Source: Magallana gigas
Lineage: Eukaryota
Length of the DNA: 64,000 nt
Assembly: GCF_963853765.1 (NCBI RefSeq)
Contig: NC_088858.1
Coordinates: 4,960,001 to 5,024,000 of the forward strand
Direction of reading: 5' to 3'
Below the pieces are notes generated by a model. It was not told the DNA's origin. It saw nothing but the letters and a program-made list of their open reading frames with translations, and ran no database searches. How positions within the stretch are numbered: position 1 is the stretch's first letter; each line of letters begins with the position of its first letter. Positions 20,401 to 32,620 of this stretch are shown here, in pieces. The translations under genes and the position numbers were made by a program.

Positions 20401-23009
20401 CAGAGTCCCTCTGGCGTTTGAATAATCACCTACAATACATATAAACGAAAACTGTATTGTTTCTAATTCAAATACAACGGCAATTAATCATTATTACATA
20501 AATGAGCACATTAATCTACCATATAAGTCATAATTATCGATATATATTTACATTCAAAAAGCAAATGCTTACTTTGATGATTCATGCGGGCTATGAAGGT
20601 AGCGATAACAAAATAAAGCTACTAACGCCGTGATGTATTTTTCTGCAATGTGACAACCTTCATACCCTCATGAGTCACCAAAGAAAGCATTTTATTGTTA
20701 AATTGTCTAGTATGTATTCAGAAAACATTGATTGTTTGGTTCTTATCACGTTAGTGTAACAGTATCACATTGTTAAATTTAGTGAACGTTTGGTTTAGAC
20801 TGACGTTATGATGTATTACCATGGTACAGAAGTTAGAAAATACTGGCATATGTATAACGGCATCATAGTGATACTTTTTTCGTAGTCTCTTATCCACGTG
20901 TCATAATACTCTGACATTCGTGTTACAGTGCCGTAGTGTAACATTTCGATTGACGTTGGTGTTATAATGACTAGTGTTACATTTGGATTGTGTTACAGTG
21001 TCATAGTGCAACATTTGGATTGTGTTACAGTGTCATAGTGTAACATTTGGATTGTGTTACAGTGTCATAGTGTAATATTTGGATCGACGTTGGTGTTATA
21101 GTTACTAGTGTTATATTTGGATTGTGTTACAGTGTCATAGTGTAACATTTGGATTGTGTTACAGTGTCATAGTGTAACATTTGGATCTACGTTGGTGTTA
21201 TAGTGCCATAGTGTTACATTTGGATTGTGTTACAGTGTCATAGAGTAATATTTGGATTGTGTTACAGTGTCATGGTGTAACATTTGGATTGTGTTACAGT
21301 GTTATAGTGTAAAATTTGGATCTATGTTGGTGTTATTGTGACATAGTGTTACATTCGGATTGTGTAAAAAGATCATAGAATAACATTTGGATTGTGTTAC
21401 ATCGTCAAAGTGTAACATTTGGATTGTGTTACAGTGTCATAGTGTAACATTTGGATCTATGTTGGTGTTATAGTAACATAGTGTTACATTTGGATTGTGT
21501 TACAGTGTCATAGAGTATCATTTGGATTGTGTTACAGTGTCATGGCGTAACATTTGGATTGTGTAACAGTGTCATAGTGTAACATTTGGATCTATGTTGG
21601 TGTTATAGTAACATAGTGTTACATTTGGATTGTGTAACAGTGTCATAGAGTAACATTTGGATTGTGTTACAGCGTCATAGTGTAACATTTGGATTGTGTA
21701 ACAGTGTCATAGTGTAACATTTGGATCGACGTTGGTGTTATAGTGACATAGTGTTACATTTGGATTGTGTTACAGTGTCATAGAGTAACATTTGGATTGT
21801 GTTACAGTGTCATGGTGTAACATTTGGATTGACATTGATGTTATTGTGACTTGGATTTTCTTTTAGATTGACGTTGTTGATATGGTCACATAATGTTACA
21901 TTATTATTGGTGTTGGTGTTGTATTGTCATAGTGTAATATTTGGATTGACGTATGTGTTATAGTGACATAATGTAACATTTGGTTTTACATTGCTGATAT
22001 ATGGCCATAGTTTTACATCCTAATTGATGTTTGTATTGTAGTCTTATATCGTTTCTTTTGGATTTATGTTAATGCTGTAGTGTCATAGTGTGCATTATAA
22101 TTGACCGTTTTATTTTGTAATAGTGTAACATTTGGATTAACAATGGTGTTGTTCCGTCTTACTATAATCTGTATCCAGTATTGTTTCCGTCAGATTTGAA
22201 CTAATTTAATAAAAATACTTATCAATATGAACAATGTACAGTTGAAACCGATGATATGAAAAATATCCAAGATATTTTCATTGGCACATCATTATTTTTT
22301 ACTCCGAAAAATTCACAGTATCATAGTGTAATATTTGGATTATCATCTCTGTTGTTGTATTATAGTGCGGCATTTGGATTGGTTTTGGTGTTGTAGTGTA
22401 ATAGTGAAACATTTGTTGAATGTTGATGTGTCATAGTGTTACATTTGGATTGATAATGTTGTTGTAGTGTCATAGTGCTACATTTGGATTGATAATGTTG
22501 TTGTAGTGTCATAGTGTTACATTTGGATTGACGTTGGTGTTATGTTGTCTTAGTTATACTTTAAAATTTAGGTTGACGTTGGTTTTACAGTATCATAGTG
22601 TAATATTTGGATTATCGTAGTTGTACATTACGCAGTGAACCATTTGGATTGACGTTAGTGTTGTAGTATTATACATAAACATTTACCAACATTTCTGTGA
22701 TATAATGTCAAAGTATTACATTTTGCAAAGACTTGGCAATATTGTTTGTGTTTGCATTGAATTTGGCGAAGATATATTGACATTTATTCAAAGCACTGTA
22801 CAGATTTCACGAATCAATTGACAGACTCTTCCCAATGTAATCTATGGTATTGACCTACCAATGAAGGCCGAGACCATGATGATGTCCATTTTCTCCTCCA
22901 CCGGAAGTTTGGTAATGTCCCCGTAACACAACTCCACGACGTGCTCTCCGAATGACGTCACTACAGAGATGGAGTCTTGGAGTCTGATGGCCTCCCCCCG
23001 CGCCTTCAT
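11407..23009 (-). CDS. Macro-like domain + three TIR domains + Pro/Asp/Thr repeat tail + CaaX protein (~907 aa). Exons 23009-22859, 20429-20255, 19591-19468, 19198-19028, 18708-18521, 18190-18017, 17514-17276, 15746-15610, 15344-15153, 15067-14463, 13481-13403, 11895-11407
   Basis: The 12 exons join in frame (2724 nt including stop) with AG acceptors and GT donors, except one GC donor. Macro-type motifs CYGDITKL, IMVSAF, GTLIGAL, TIITPLLSTGNQ. TIR1 YDIFLMHQ...IVPVLTPNFVKSDECLEMF; TIR2 DVFISYAHKD...FFDRQDLKVG...VALVSPSYLSSVVCQEEF; TIR3 HVVVSVSQND...IVVFLSNQYLESPHHLEEL. Ends SSCNIL*. An alternative upstream start at 23072 is possible; a likely 5'UTR exon ends near 24356. Confidence 0.85.
11495..11735 (-). 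repeat. Coding tandem repeat, 69-bp unit (23 aa TSPNDPPQEDTKSKDPDTAPELT), ~3.4 copies
   Basis: TTTGGAGAGGTAGTTAAC recurs at 11516 and 11585 (69-bp period) inside the last exon of the Macro-TIR gene. Confidence 0.9.
12645..12725 (-). mobile_element. tRNA-derived (SINE-head-like) segment within an intronic interspersed repeat
   Basis: The reverse complement has a Pol III A-box-like TGGCTCAGTGG and a B-box-like GGTTCGATACC, but no clean cloverleaf. A related A-box segment is at approx 36647-36680. Confidence 0.5.
15872..17202. repeat. Two ~370-390-bp copies of one interspersed element in inverted orientation (15872-16236 and 16811-17202), in intron 7 of the Macro-TIR gene
   Basis: The arms match as reverse complements over their length (e.g. 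GTTGCCTACGTCATAGTAAGACTAACGTCAAAAACGTATCAATACGCCTGAC vs its reverse complement near 17082-17134). Each arm carries an internal CGCGG/TTTATAAA hairpin. Confidence 0.85.
16248..16398. repeat. ~150-bp near-perfect palindromic element
   Basis: AATAAACAACGTTATTTAGCGAACATGGCGTTATGAATAG...CCATGATGCGCGCTAGCGCATCATGG...CTATTCATAATGCCATGTTTGCTAAATAATCGTTGTTTATT. Confidence 0.85.
20915..22670. repeat. Minisatellite, 32-bp unit GATTGTGTTACAGTGTCATAGTGTAACATTTG plus a 39-bp variant; homogeneous core approx 20975-21830, degenerate flank to approx 22670
   Basis: Tandem units are directly visible. The variant unit starts at 21183, 21318, 21453, 21588 and 21723 (135-bp period). Confidence 0.92.
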
Positions 23010-24132
23010 CCTGTAAACGTATCGTCGGAATTTGCCAAGTACTCGAGTCCAGGATAGTGTTGGAATTCTCATACGTTAGTCACTGTTGAAATTTTGCAAA
23101 ATGGTATGAAATCAATATCCTTGCTAATTAAATTAAATGATTTGTAAAGCGTAAACGGTTACAAATGCAGGCTCAGTAAAGCATACAGATTGAAAGTTCT
23201 GGCGAGCGTTTGCGAGATTCCGCTTTGCTGAACGGGTCTCGAGACGATTACACTTGTTTTCATCCGTAAAAATCGAGCATCCTTAACTTTTCAAACAATA
23301 TGATACATGTGTATACATATGTTAATGAAAAACTGACATGTTAAAATAAGATAATCTATGTTGATTTATATAATTCCTTAAAAAACATATTTCGTGTGTT
23401 GTGGGTAATGTAGTTAAAGCAAATAATCATAAGATTTCCTACTCTTGCAATATCGGCTAAATTGGATTGTTCAATCATAATATCAGGCATTTACAGATAT
23501 CACGGGATAATTTTGGTTTTCCTCACTAATCAGGTAAAAGTATTGGTATAAAAATTATGAAGACTGGGATCTCTTTATTTTCCCTTCCCTTCTGTCGTAA
23601 AAATAGTGAAAAATAAAATTCTCATTAGTTTAGAAGCATTCAGGAAATTCCACCCTGAGTCCATGTGTGTTAGGTTTCACTTTTTAAAAAATCTTAATAC
23701 ACATTAAAATTAGTATCTCTATTCCCGCTTTGTTCCATCCTTTATTTTCAAGGGCTTTGTCCAATTCTTCACTAACAGGGGCTTTGCCCCACCATTCTAT
23801 TCCAGGGGCTTTGCTCTATCCTTCACTTCAAAGAGCTTTGAAGCATCCCTTATAATTAATTAACTTCCAAAAGCTTTGCACTCTGGATCATCACCAGCAA
23901 TACATATTCCTTCTAAATTTTACAAAATTCACCACCTCCTGAGCCCGTACTGTGCAGAGTCTTAACTGGACCTACATGTACTAGGTCCTCATAGCGGGCA
24001 TTCAAGACTAAATGTCTTAAAATTAATATAGCCGTTTCTGAAATTGTTTGATCCACTCATAGGCATTTGTTTTTGCAACAGATGCATTATGTTATTATTA
24101 TGTATTAATAATTTTTCCGTACTCCGTAAACA

Positions 24133-24238
24133 GTATTCTCTTTTGAGAAGTGGACAGGCATAGCCTACATCCATGTAGGCTATAAAGGCTATGTAGCTGG
24201 ATGTAGGCTATGCCTGTCCACTTCTCAAAAGAGAATAC
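24133..24238. repeat. Perfect 41-bp-arm hairpin with a 24-nt loop (mini-MITE-like)
   Basis: GTATTCTCTTTTGAGAAGTGGACAGGCATAGCCTACATCCA (24133-24173) is the exact reverse complement of 24198-24238. Confidence 0.9.
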
Positions 24239-25712
24239 CTAAACAGATAATGAAATTTAAATAGCACTTGAAATTTAAGCATCTTGTATATACATGTATG
24301 TATATTCCGGTCACGACTATTGATCTTTTTAAAATTGAGAGCATTGTTAGATTACCTGAAATGTGTACAAATATGCCGTCTTTGGCCTTTTTCTGGTCAG
24401 GTAAATAATAGTCACAGTGATGTGTTGTCAACGACGCCTGACCAACATGTCGAGGAAAATGTAAACAATGAAACAAGTTAACTCGTACGCCGTTTTATTC
24501 ATAACACGTAAATGTTTTCAGGTGTGGATCCTGGATTTGATGGTTAGAGGGTGTACGTAGGCCCCTTTTCGATATGTTGCGTGGAACAAGACATCGGGGA
24601 GCGGATGGAAATTCTTATTTTAATTAGATTGTAGGCAGGGAATCCCAGTGGGTTCAGGATACAGCCCTGGTGGGGGTCCAGGGGGCGTAGGGTAAAATAT
24701 TGTTGTGATATTAAAAAAGCAATAAAATTACAAAATTTTAAAGGTTTGTTAATTAAAGACCTGCAGTTTAATCAGTTTAAAAAATGGGACGATGTAAATG
24801 TAGTTTCAAAATAGATATCATGACAGCTTGTATTATATAGAAGAGTCGTTAAAAATACTAGTACTGTATATTAACCAATTGCGTGATTAAAATGGGATTT
24901 CTGTACATACGTTACACCATTAAACTCACGGGTTTTCTTCATATTACATATTCATACATATATACATATATTTCTTCATTTTATCAGATAAATTTTATTA
25001 TGGATTAAGTCTTTCTTAACTCTATATGAACTTTAGAATTAACAATTTGTACATGTGGATGTTTGGCAGAATAAAATCTCATTTTTTTTTCTAATTATAA
25101 CCCATATTTAAATCTTCATTTATCATATTTTATACAAAGTAAGTCTCAGAATACATCCAGCTGGTTAATTTGATATGAATTTGCTAGACGATTTCTACTC
25201 ATCAATGGATTGTTTCCTATTGGCGTGCATACATGCACGTCGATGGAGAGCTTTTGATAGAATATTAAGAATTCAATTTGTATCAATTAAAAGACGTAGA
25301 AGTGACCACCATACATGAAAATAAATGCTCTTTCTACATTAACACACTATCAGACCGCGGATTTTGATGTTGTTGATTGTTGGGGGTGTTTTTTGGTTGG
25401 TTGGGGTGGGGGTGTTAACATTCCTGTGTAGTCATATTGATGATAAGACACTGTTTAGGCGACGTTGACACATACATATAAGTAATTATAAATAAATATA
25501 TTGTATAGCATTACATCGTTATTATTTAAAGAACAGTTTAATAAATCATGCAACAAATAAATGATGAAACAGCTCAAAGAATATTAACGAAGAACAATTG
25601 ATAGACTGAAGAGTGCCGGTTGATAACAATTTGTTCGAAGTTAAAGTCATTTGCTTTGGTCGAATTCTGTAAGAAGAAAAAGATTGTTAATCGTTTTTTA
25701 ACAACCCTCAAT

Positions 25713-25828
25713 CTATCCAATAACACCGATCTCCTCTGTGGTGGTTGCGGCGTCCGTGACATAAATCTCCCCATCAGTGGTGGTGGTGGTGTCTGTGAGA
25801 ACAAGACAGAGGAGTCAGAGACCGATAA

Positions 25829-25908
<80 letters not shown>

Positions 25909-28900
25909 TGATGAAGCAATATACAATCATGATGATGTAGTTTTTGGAACAACAGACCTAGAACAATGGGAGTTGTAGAGGGAACAGCCACCATGGTCGT
26001 GTTGATACCTACACAGAGGAGAAATGACACGTGTATTCTAATACAGGACAGGAGTAAATCTTTAATTAAAAAATGGCTTTATATTCAACAATGCATAATA
26101 AGTGATATAACAACTGAGACATAAACATGTTTGTTAAGTCTCTCTATCAAAAACTTGGACCCTACTATTCTAACATTTGAATTAAGCTATTATTTCAAAA
26201 GAGTTAGACCCAATGCATCATTTAGATAAGTATGTACTTCATAAAAATCCTACCATCACAAGCCGCTTTCTTCACATCTTCCTTCAATGTCTGCAGAGCA
26301 TCAAAGTTCTGGGCGTTGAACACATGGTTAGGGTCCGAGGCGATGGAGTTCAGCTCGGCCTTGTCCACACCAGATCCGACTCCGACAGCTACAACAGTTG
26401 CTCCTGTGGCCTTCAGCAGATTGGCCTGTGTCAAGGTCGCAGCCTTGTCGGTGGACGCTCCGTCGGTCAGAACGATGACGAACAGAGAGGAATTGGAACG
26501 CGCCCCGTTGGCTGACAGGATGTTGTGTTCCCGGATGTACTGTAGCGCCTCTCCTGTCTGTGTGGACCCCCCGACGTTGTCCGTCTGCTGAATGGCGTCC
26601 AATATCGGTCGCTTGTCAGAGAACTGGTTCAGGTAGAAGTTGTTCTGTACAGTGGAACCGAAGGACAGCACGCTGAACTGAACGTTGTTGGGGCCGACGG
26701 GAAGGTCCCTGACGAAGGTCTGAACAAAGTCCAGCTGTTTCTGGAAATTAACGGGGCCCTCACTGCCCGAGGAATCCACCGCGAATATTATATCGGCAGT
26801 TTGGATAAAACCGCAAGCTGAAAGAAATTAATGTCAGAATGATCATCTTTGCATTTCGACAACATTTCTACAAAATGATTTAAGAAAGCAAGCATCACTA
26901 TATCAGCAGACAGTAATATATGTAGTCATTACATTGATGTATTTTTTAGCCCGTATCAAAAAAGCAACTACATTTGACCTACTTTGACAAGAGGTGAATG
27001 TCAGTTCCGAGTTTAGCTTGTTCAGAACGTCAAAGTTGGCCACGGTGAACACGTGCTGGGGATCACTGGCGATGCTGTTCAACTCCTGGGTGTTCACTCC
27101 TGACCCGATCCCGATGGCTATCACCTTCATGTTCGGTTGTGATTTTAAGGCTGTGGCTTCCCGTTGTGTGTTGGCGTGACTGTAAATGAATCAGTCATAC
27201 TTTTCCAGTAACATTACAAGAGAACATAATGTCGTGTCACTATTAAAGAAATTATCATTTCATTTTGAAAACAATCAGTCAAATCGCCTTGTATCCATTT
27301 TTTTCGCTTAATTTGAACTTAATTAGTGTATGTTCTAAAATGTCTACTCTTATCAGGGTACGATAATTTTCATGATGTACTGTTGAACATCACATAAGCT
27401 AGGTGAGATTGGATAATCTGTGTAACAGTACTTCATTGACTGTCCGTCCGTCATCACTACTACGATCCGACTGGCGTTTGCTCGTCCACCGTGCGAAGGC
27501 AGGAAGGCGTACGTGCGGGCGTACTGCAGACCCTCATCCGTGTAAGTCGCTCCCGCGTCGTAGGGGATGCCAGAAATGGCTGCCAACAGAGCGGTCTTGT
27601 CACTGAACGAAAGAGGAGAAAAATGGATGGAATAATCTACCGACGGTAGAGTGTGTATTGTTACAGAATAAGTCAACACAAGATAAATGAATATATAAGA
27701 TGGCATTAGATTATTTACTCGCCTGTATTTGTTGAGTTTAATTCTTTCATGAACGTCAGAAGAAAACGTGGCTACTCCGATCTGTGCGTTGTTGGGTCCG
27801 ATGTCAAACTGTCTAGTGAAGTCCTGGACAAACGTAAGCATCTTCTGAAAGTTCAGTCTGGTCTCGCTACCAGAGGAATCGAGGAGGAAAACGATGTCTG
27901 ACAGTCCACTTCCACATTCTAGAGCCAATAAAAAAGGAAGCCAAATTTCCATTTTAAATTGTACGGGAAACTGCAACCAGGAACCTTTACTAAAATCATT
28001 GATATACAAGTATTTACAAGTGTATTTTTTATGATAAGACTATAGTGTTACAAAAGACTTCAAAAAGCCATTAATATACATGTACTCGTATAAATTTCCA
28101 TATTCTTCTTAAATAGAATATAATGAAAAAGACGTTCTTATGCCCTCTGAACACTTTGCGAACTACTTGCACATACCTGGAGAAATGACTGGTGGGTTAG
28201 GAACTGCAAAGAAAGAATTTCCAATTTATTTCAAAGGCACACGAGTGGATCAAGATACATTGCAGATTTCGTGAAAACGGTAAAATACATCCATACTTAC
28301 CAGCGCAGGCCGCTGTTTTGATCTCGTATTGGATTGAATTCAGGGCGTTGAAGTCGGTGACGTTGAACACGTGTTGCAGGTCCGTGGCGATTCCATTCAG
28401 CTCGGTCTGACTCACACTACTTCCAATGCCCACTGAAATGACCTTGACACCCATCCCCTTTAGGTCGTTGGCCTTTTGGATCGTTCTTGAGGTGGAGTAG
28501 GATTGGCCGTCCGTTAGAACAATAGCGATTTTCTGGGCGTTGGGTCTAGCGCCGTGGTGCGAGTAGAAGTGGAACTTGGCACTCGACAGGCCGGATTCTG
28601 TGTGGGTGGAGCCGCCAGAGTACTGGATCGTCTCCAGCTTGTGTAAAATGGACTGCAGGTCTTTGTATGTGTTGAAATAAAACTCACTTCGGCCGTAATT
28701 AGAAAAGGTTACCAAACCAAATTGAACGTGTTGTGGTCCAACTTGAAACCCCTTGATGAATTCGGCGGTGAAGTTGAGTTCTTTTTTAAAATTTTCCACA
28801 CCTTCACTACCTGATGCATCCAGAACGAACACAATGTCTGCTGGCTTGTCCCCACATTCTGAAACCAACATTAATCATATTTGTAACCGTTTCAGCTCAA

Positions 28901-31900
28901 TGTAAAATCATGCACATGTAACTGGATATACGTGAAATTGACAGTAAGTCAGAAAACGAGAACAGGGAATATATGTAGTTTACCTGTGTTTGGTTTCTCA
29001 TCTGCAAAAGAATTAACTTTTTTTTTACTATATCAAAAATTTAATTTACAACATTCTTTCTATGTATTATGAAAGAAAATTTACATGAAACACTTTTAAT
29101 CTCATACTTCTACATGTCTCAAGCTGTAGGTCCGTCTGTAAGGTGGACAGCGATTTGAAGTCGGTGGCGGTGAACACGTGGTTCCTGTCCGTGGCGATCA
29201 CCGTCAGCTCTGACTTGTGCACGTTTTGACCGATTCCTATGGTGATGACCTTGATGCCCGCGCGATGTAACTGGTCAGCCATGACAGCCGTAGCAGGGGG
29301 GTCCGTGGACTGGCCGTCAGTTAACACCACCAATATCTTTGGTACACTGGCGTCTCGAGCGCCATGTGCAGTAGTGAAACTTTCATTCTGAAAATAAAAA
29401 AAAAACGATTACCAGTTTCCAATTATATAATTAACAAACAGGAGACTAGTATTTTAAGTGGATAATCAAATCTTCTCTCGCCAGAGGGCGTTTTGCGCTT
29501 CGTTACATGACTCATTCATGAGTGGAGCGTTGCAGGTACGATACCTCTGAATAGATATTAGTGGATATAACTATGCTTATCTATTGTAACCAGACCAATG
29601 AGCCAGCTTTCTTACCAGTGCAAACTGCAGACCCAGGTCGGTGAAGGTACTGCCCGGGAGGTAGGGGACGTAACCCGTGGCGTTCACAAGGTCCGTCTTG
29701 TTCTGATATGTGTTGAGCCAGAAATAGCCGTGGGGTTTGGTGGAGAATGTAGCTAGACCGATCTGCACTGCGTCTGGTCCAATGTCAAATTTATCTGTAA
29801 AGTTCTGAACAAATTCGAGCTGATGTTGGAAATTGGTAGCACCCTCACTGGCCGAGGAATCCAGCAAAAACATGATGTCCGCCTTGTTGCCGTGGCAAGC
29901 TGCAATGAATTTTTAGAAACCTGGAGTATGTGATTTGAAATCTAATGGACACAAATAAAGCAATATGTATATTCCGTCGCATATTTTGTCGTTATTTTTC
30001 TTTACCATTATAGCCACATGTGGTGGTCTCAATATTCATCATCAGGGAGTGTAAAGCGTCAAAGTCGTCCACACGGTACACGTGCTGAGGGTCCGTGGCG
30101 ATGGCCTCTAGCTCTGCCTGGTTAGCTCCCTTCCCGATACCAATAGATATCACCTTAATCCCCATCTTGTGGAGTCTGTCGGCGGCGGCGGCTGTTTCTG
30201 TGGGCGTTGTCGACTCTCCATCGGTCAGCACGATCACCCACTGGTCCACGCCTGGCCGTCCGCCGTTGGAGGAAGAAAAACTGTTGTTGGCGATGTAATT
30301 CAAAGCGTCCTCTGTGTGGGTTGATCCCAGGTGGTGCCTGATGCTGGAAAGAGCACCCACGACTTGAGTTTTAGATGGGTATTTGTTCAGAGAGAATTCG
30401 GGATGTACTCTAGAGGCAAATGACACCACGCTGAATTGTGTTTCGTTTGATCCCACGTTGTACTGTCTGACGAGGTTTTTAATGAAGAGGGTCTGTTTTG
30501 AGAAGTCTGTGTATGTGATGCTTGAGGAGGAGTCCACGGCAAAGACGATGTCTGCGACCGCTGACTGGCAGTCTGATATTGCATGGAAACTAACATAATA
30601 AGCCGGTGCAAAACTATTTAAAAAACCTCATGTTTCTTATAAGCAAAATGACTGAAGTCGTAACTAACTTAGTCTATTACGAGGAGGAGGAGGAGGAGGA
30701 GGAGGCATGTGCAGAGTGTTAGGTATTAATAACGGGATACTTACGTAAAGCTGCTTGCTGACAAGCCGCGTTAGTGAGTTGGTTTTGGATAGTATTTAGG
30801 AGATCGAAATCTTGCACTTGAAACACGTGGTTTGAATCGCTAGCAATGGCCTCCAATTCAGAGTTTGACACGGAGTTACCAATACCAACAGCAATGACCT
30901 CCGCCCCGGAGGCATGCAAAGCCTGGGCCTGGGTGCTGATGTATAAAAAATGGTATTTATACTAATGAAGTTCATTGCTACGGTGTTTGATTGGGATTCT
31001 TAACTATTACATGTACTACCGGGGTAGTTGCTACCGAGTAAACGCACAATGAATTCGAAATGAATTCTAATATTTTTTTTAATTAATCCTTATATAATAT
31101 GATGAAATAATCGATGTGTCTCTATCGAGGCGAAACCCTCTTTTTCATTCCGCGTTTTTAGCAATGGTAATTTACATACAGGGTGTTGGCATGGCTTGAT
31201 GACTGGCCGTCGGTCAACACAATGACGATCTTCTCGGCGTCCGGTCTCCCCCCATGCTGGGGCTGGAACGAGACTGTCTGCGCATAACTGAGAGCCTTGT
31301 CCGTGTAGGTGGCCCCTGGTCTGTACGAGATCTTCTGGATGCCGCTTACCACGCCTGATACAGTCGAGTAGGTGTTCAGGTAAAACTCGTTGTGGACTGA
31401 CGTTGCAAACGTGATGACGCTGAACTGGGCGGCGTCCGGTCCGACGTTGAATTGGTTGACGAAGTTCTCCACGAATTGGACCTGTTTCTTGAAGTTGTCG
31501 CTCCCTTCGCTGTAGGATGCGTCCAGCAGGAACACGATGTCCAGCTTGGACCTGCATCCTGTAAATAATGCTTCATGTCTCAGTTAAATCTTACGTCAGG
31601 AAAGAACTATATATATAATTGTATTTAGAATACATACATGTATATGATTGACCTATTTGGTTTTTTTATGAGTTGAGTCACGCTTATGGGTTGAGGGGAG
31701 GGGCTTTTACTAGTAATGTTCATGTTAATCCTATTCACTAAATGTATATTGACGTTGATTAGACCAGTCATCGATCTTGAATGTTCGATTTCTAAGTTAT
31801 TGTGTCGGGACTAACGTATAGTATTATTATGTGTGTGCAGAATTTGTATTACGGTGCCAAGCCTTCGTCGGAGAACATTCGACAGAACTGTTAAATTCTT

Positions 31901-32620
31901 GATCTTCGAATTCAAAACTAGCAAAGTGTGACACATTTTGGCCGATGATAAAGTTTGTACCAGCCCAATCTGGTTCTATATACAAGCATATGGATAATCT
32001 CACAAGGAAATCAACTAGGCATGGCTTTCACTCAAACTACGATTATATAATATCATACTTGTCGGTTTTTGAAGTAATGTGATATTCATATATAACTTAA
32101 CTTCGTTTTATGTCGTTGGAAATTATTCTTTAATCATCATTTAACATGACAATTTGAAATGTAGTCAACATATATTAAAGTACATTGTACGTAATTTGTA
32201 TAAAAGTGGGTCACTGACATTGTATTCACCTTCCTGAAATTATTATTGCGCAATCTTCATATGGTTTATAGTTCCGTACCTCCAATTAACACAACAGGAA
32301 ATTTTGAGAGTTTCTGTCTTTGAATTAAATTTAATAGAATTAATTCAATTTTTTCTTCTTTTTTAAATCTTCTTTTTTATTTTATCTAATTAAAAACAAA
32401 TTTATATCTGGCTTAATTAAGACTATCTAGAATTACGATCGAGACTTTGATTTAAGAAAAATAACCCAATAATTATATGTTAAGATTTGTAAATATTTAA
32501 AATATGATTCTCCTCATAAAACTTTGGGTTTGGTGGGTCTCTCCCTAGAGCCGATTTACCTGCAGGTACCTGTGACCAAACTCCGGCTGCGATAGCCCCC
32601 AGCAGAATCAACAGTCTCAT
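25713..32620 (-). CDS. Secreted protein with six tandem von Willebrand factor A domains (collagen VI/matrilin-like VWA array) and a short Thr-rich tail
   Basis: Signal peptide exon MRLLILLGAIAAGVWSQVPA (32620-32560). Six VWA domains, each with MIDAS DxSxS (DASYS, DSSSS, DSSAS, DASGS, DSSGS, DSSGS), VVLTDG and IGIG motifs. Terminal exons GINTTMVAVPSTTPIVL and DTTTTTDGEIYVTDAATTTEEIGVIG* (stop 25713-25715). No collagen Gly-X-Y segment seen. Confidence 0.92.
25832..25906. repeat. (GA)n microsatellite, ~37 units, in the last intron of the VWA gene
   Basis: Pure GA dinucleotide run. Confidence 0.97.

Noticed and set aside
20915-22670. Repeat array with palindromic units resembling CRISPR
   Set aside because: Eukaryotic intron, no unique spacers and no cas genes; it is a tandem minisatellite.
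25574-26030. ORFs with poly-LS or poly-RE runs
   Set aside because: Products of the (GA)n microsatellite in a VWA-gene intron.
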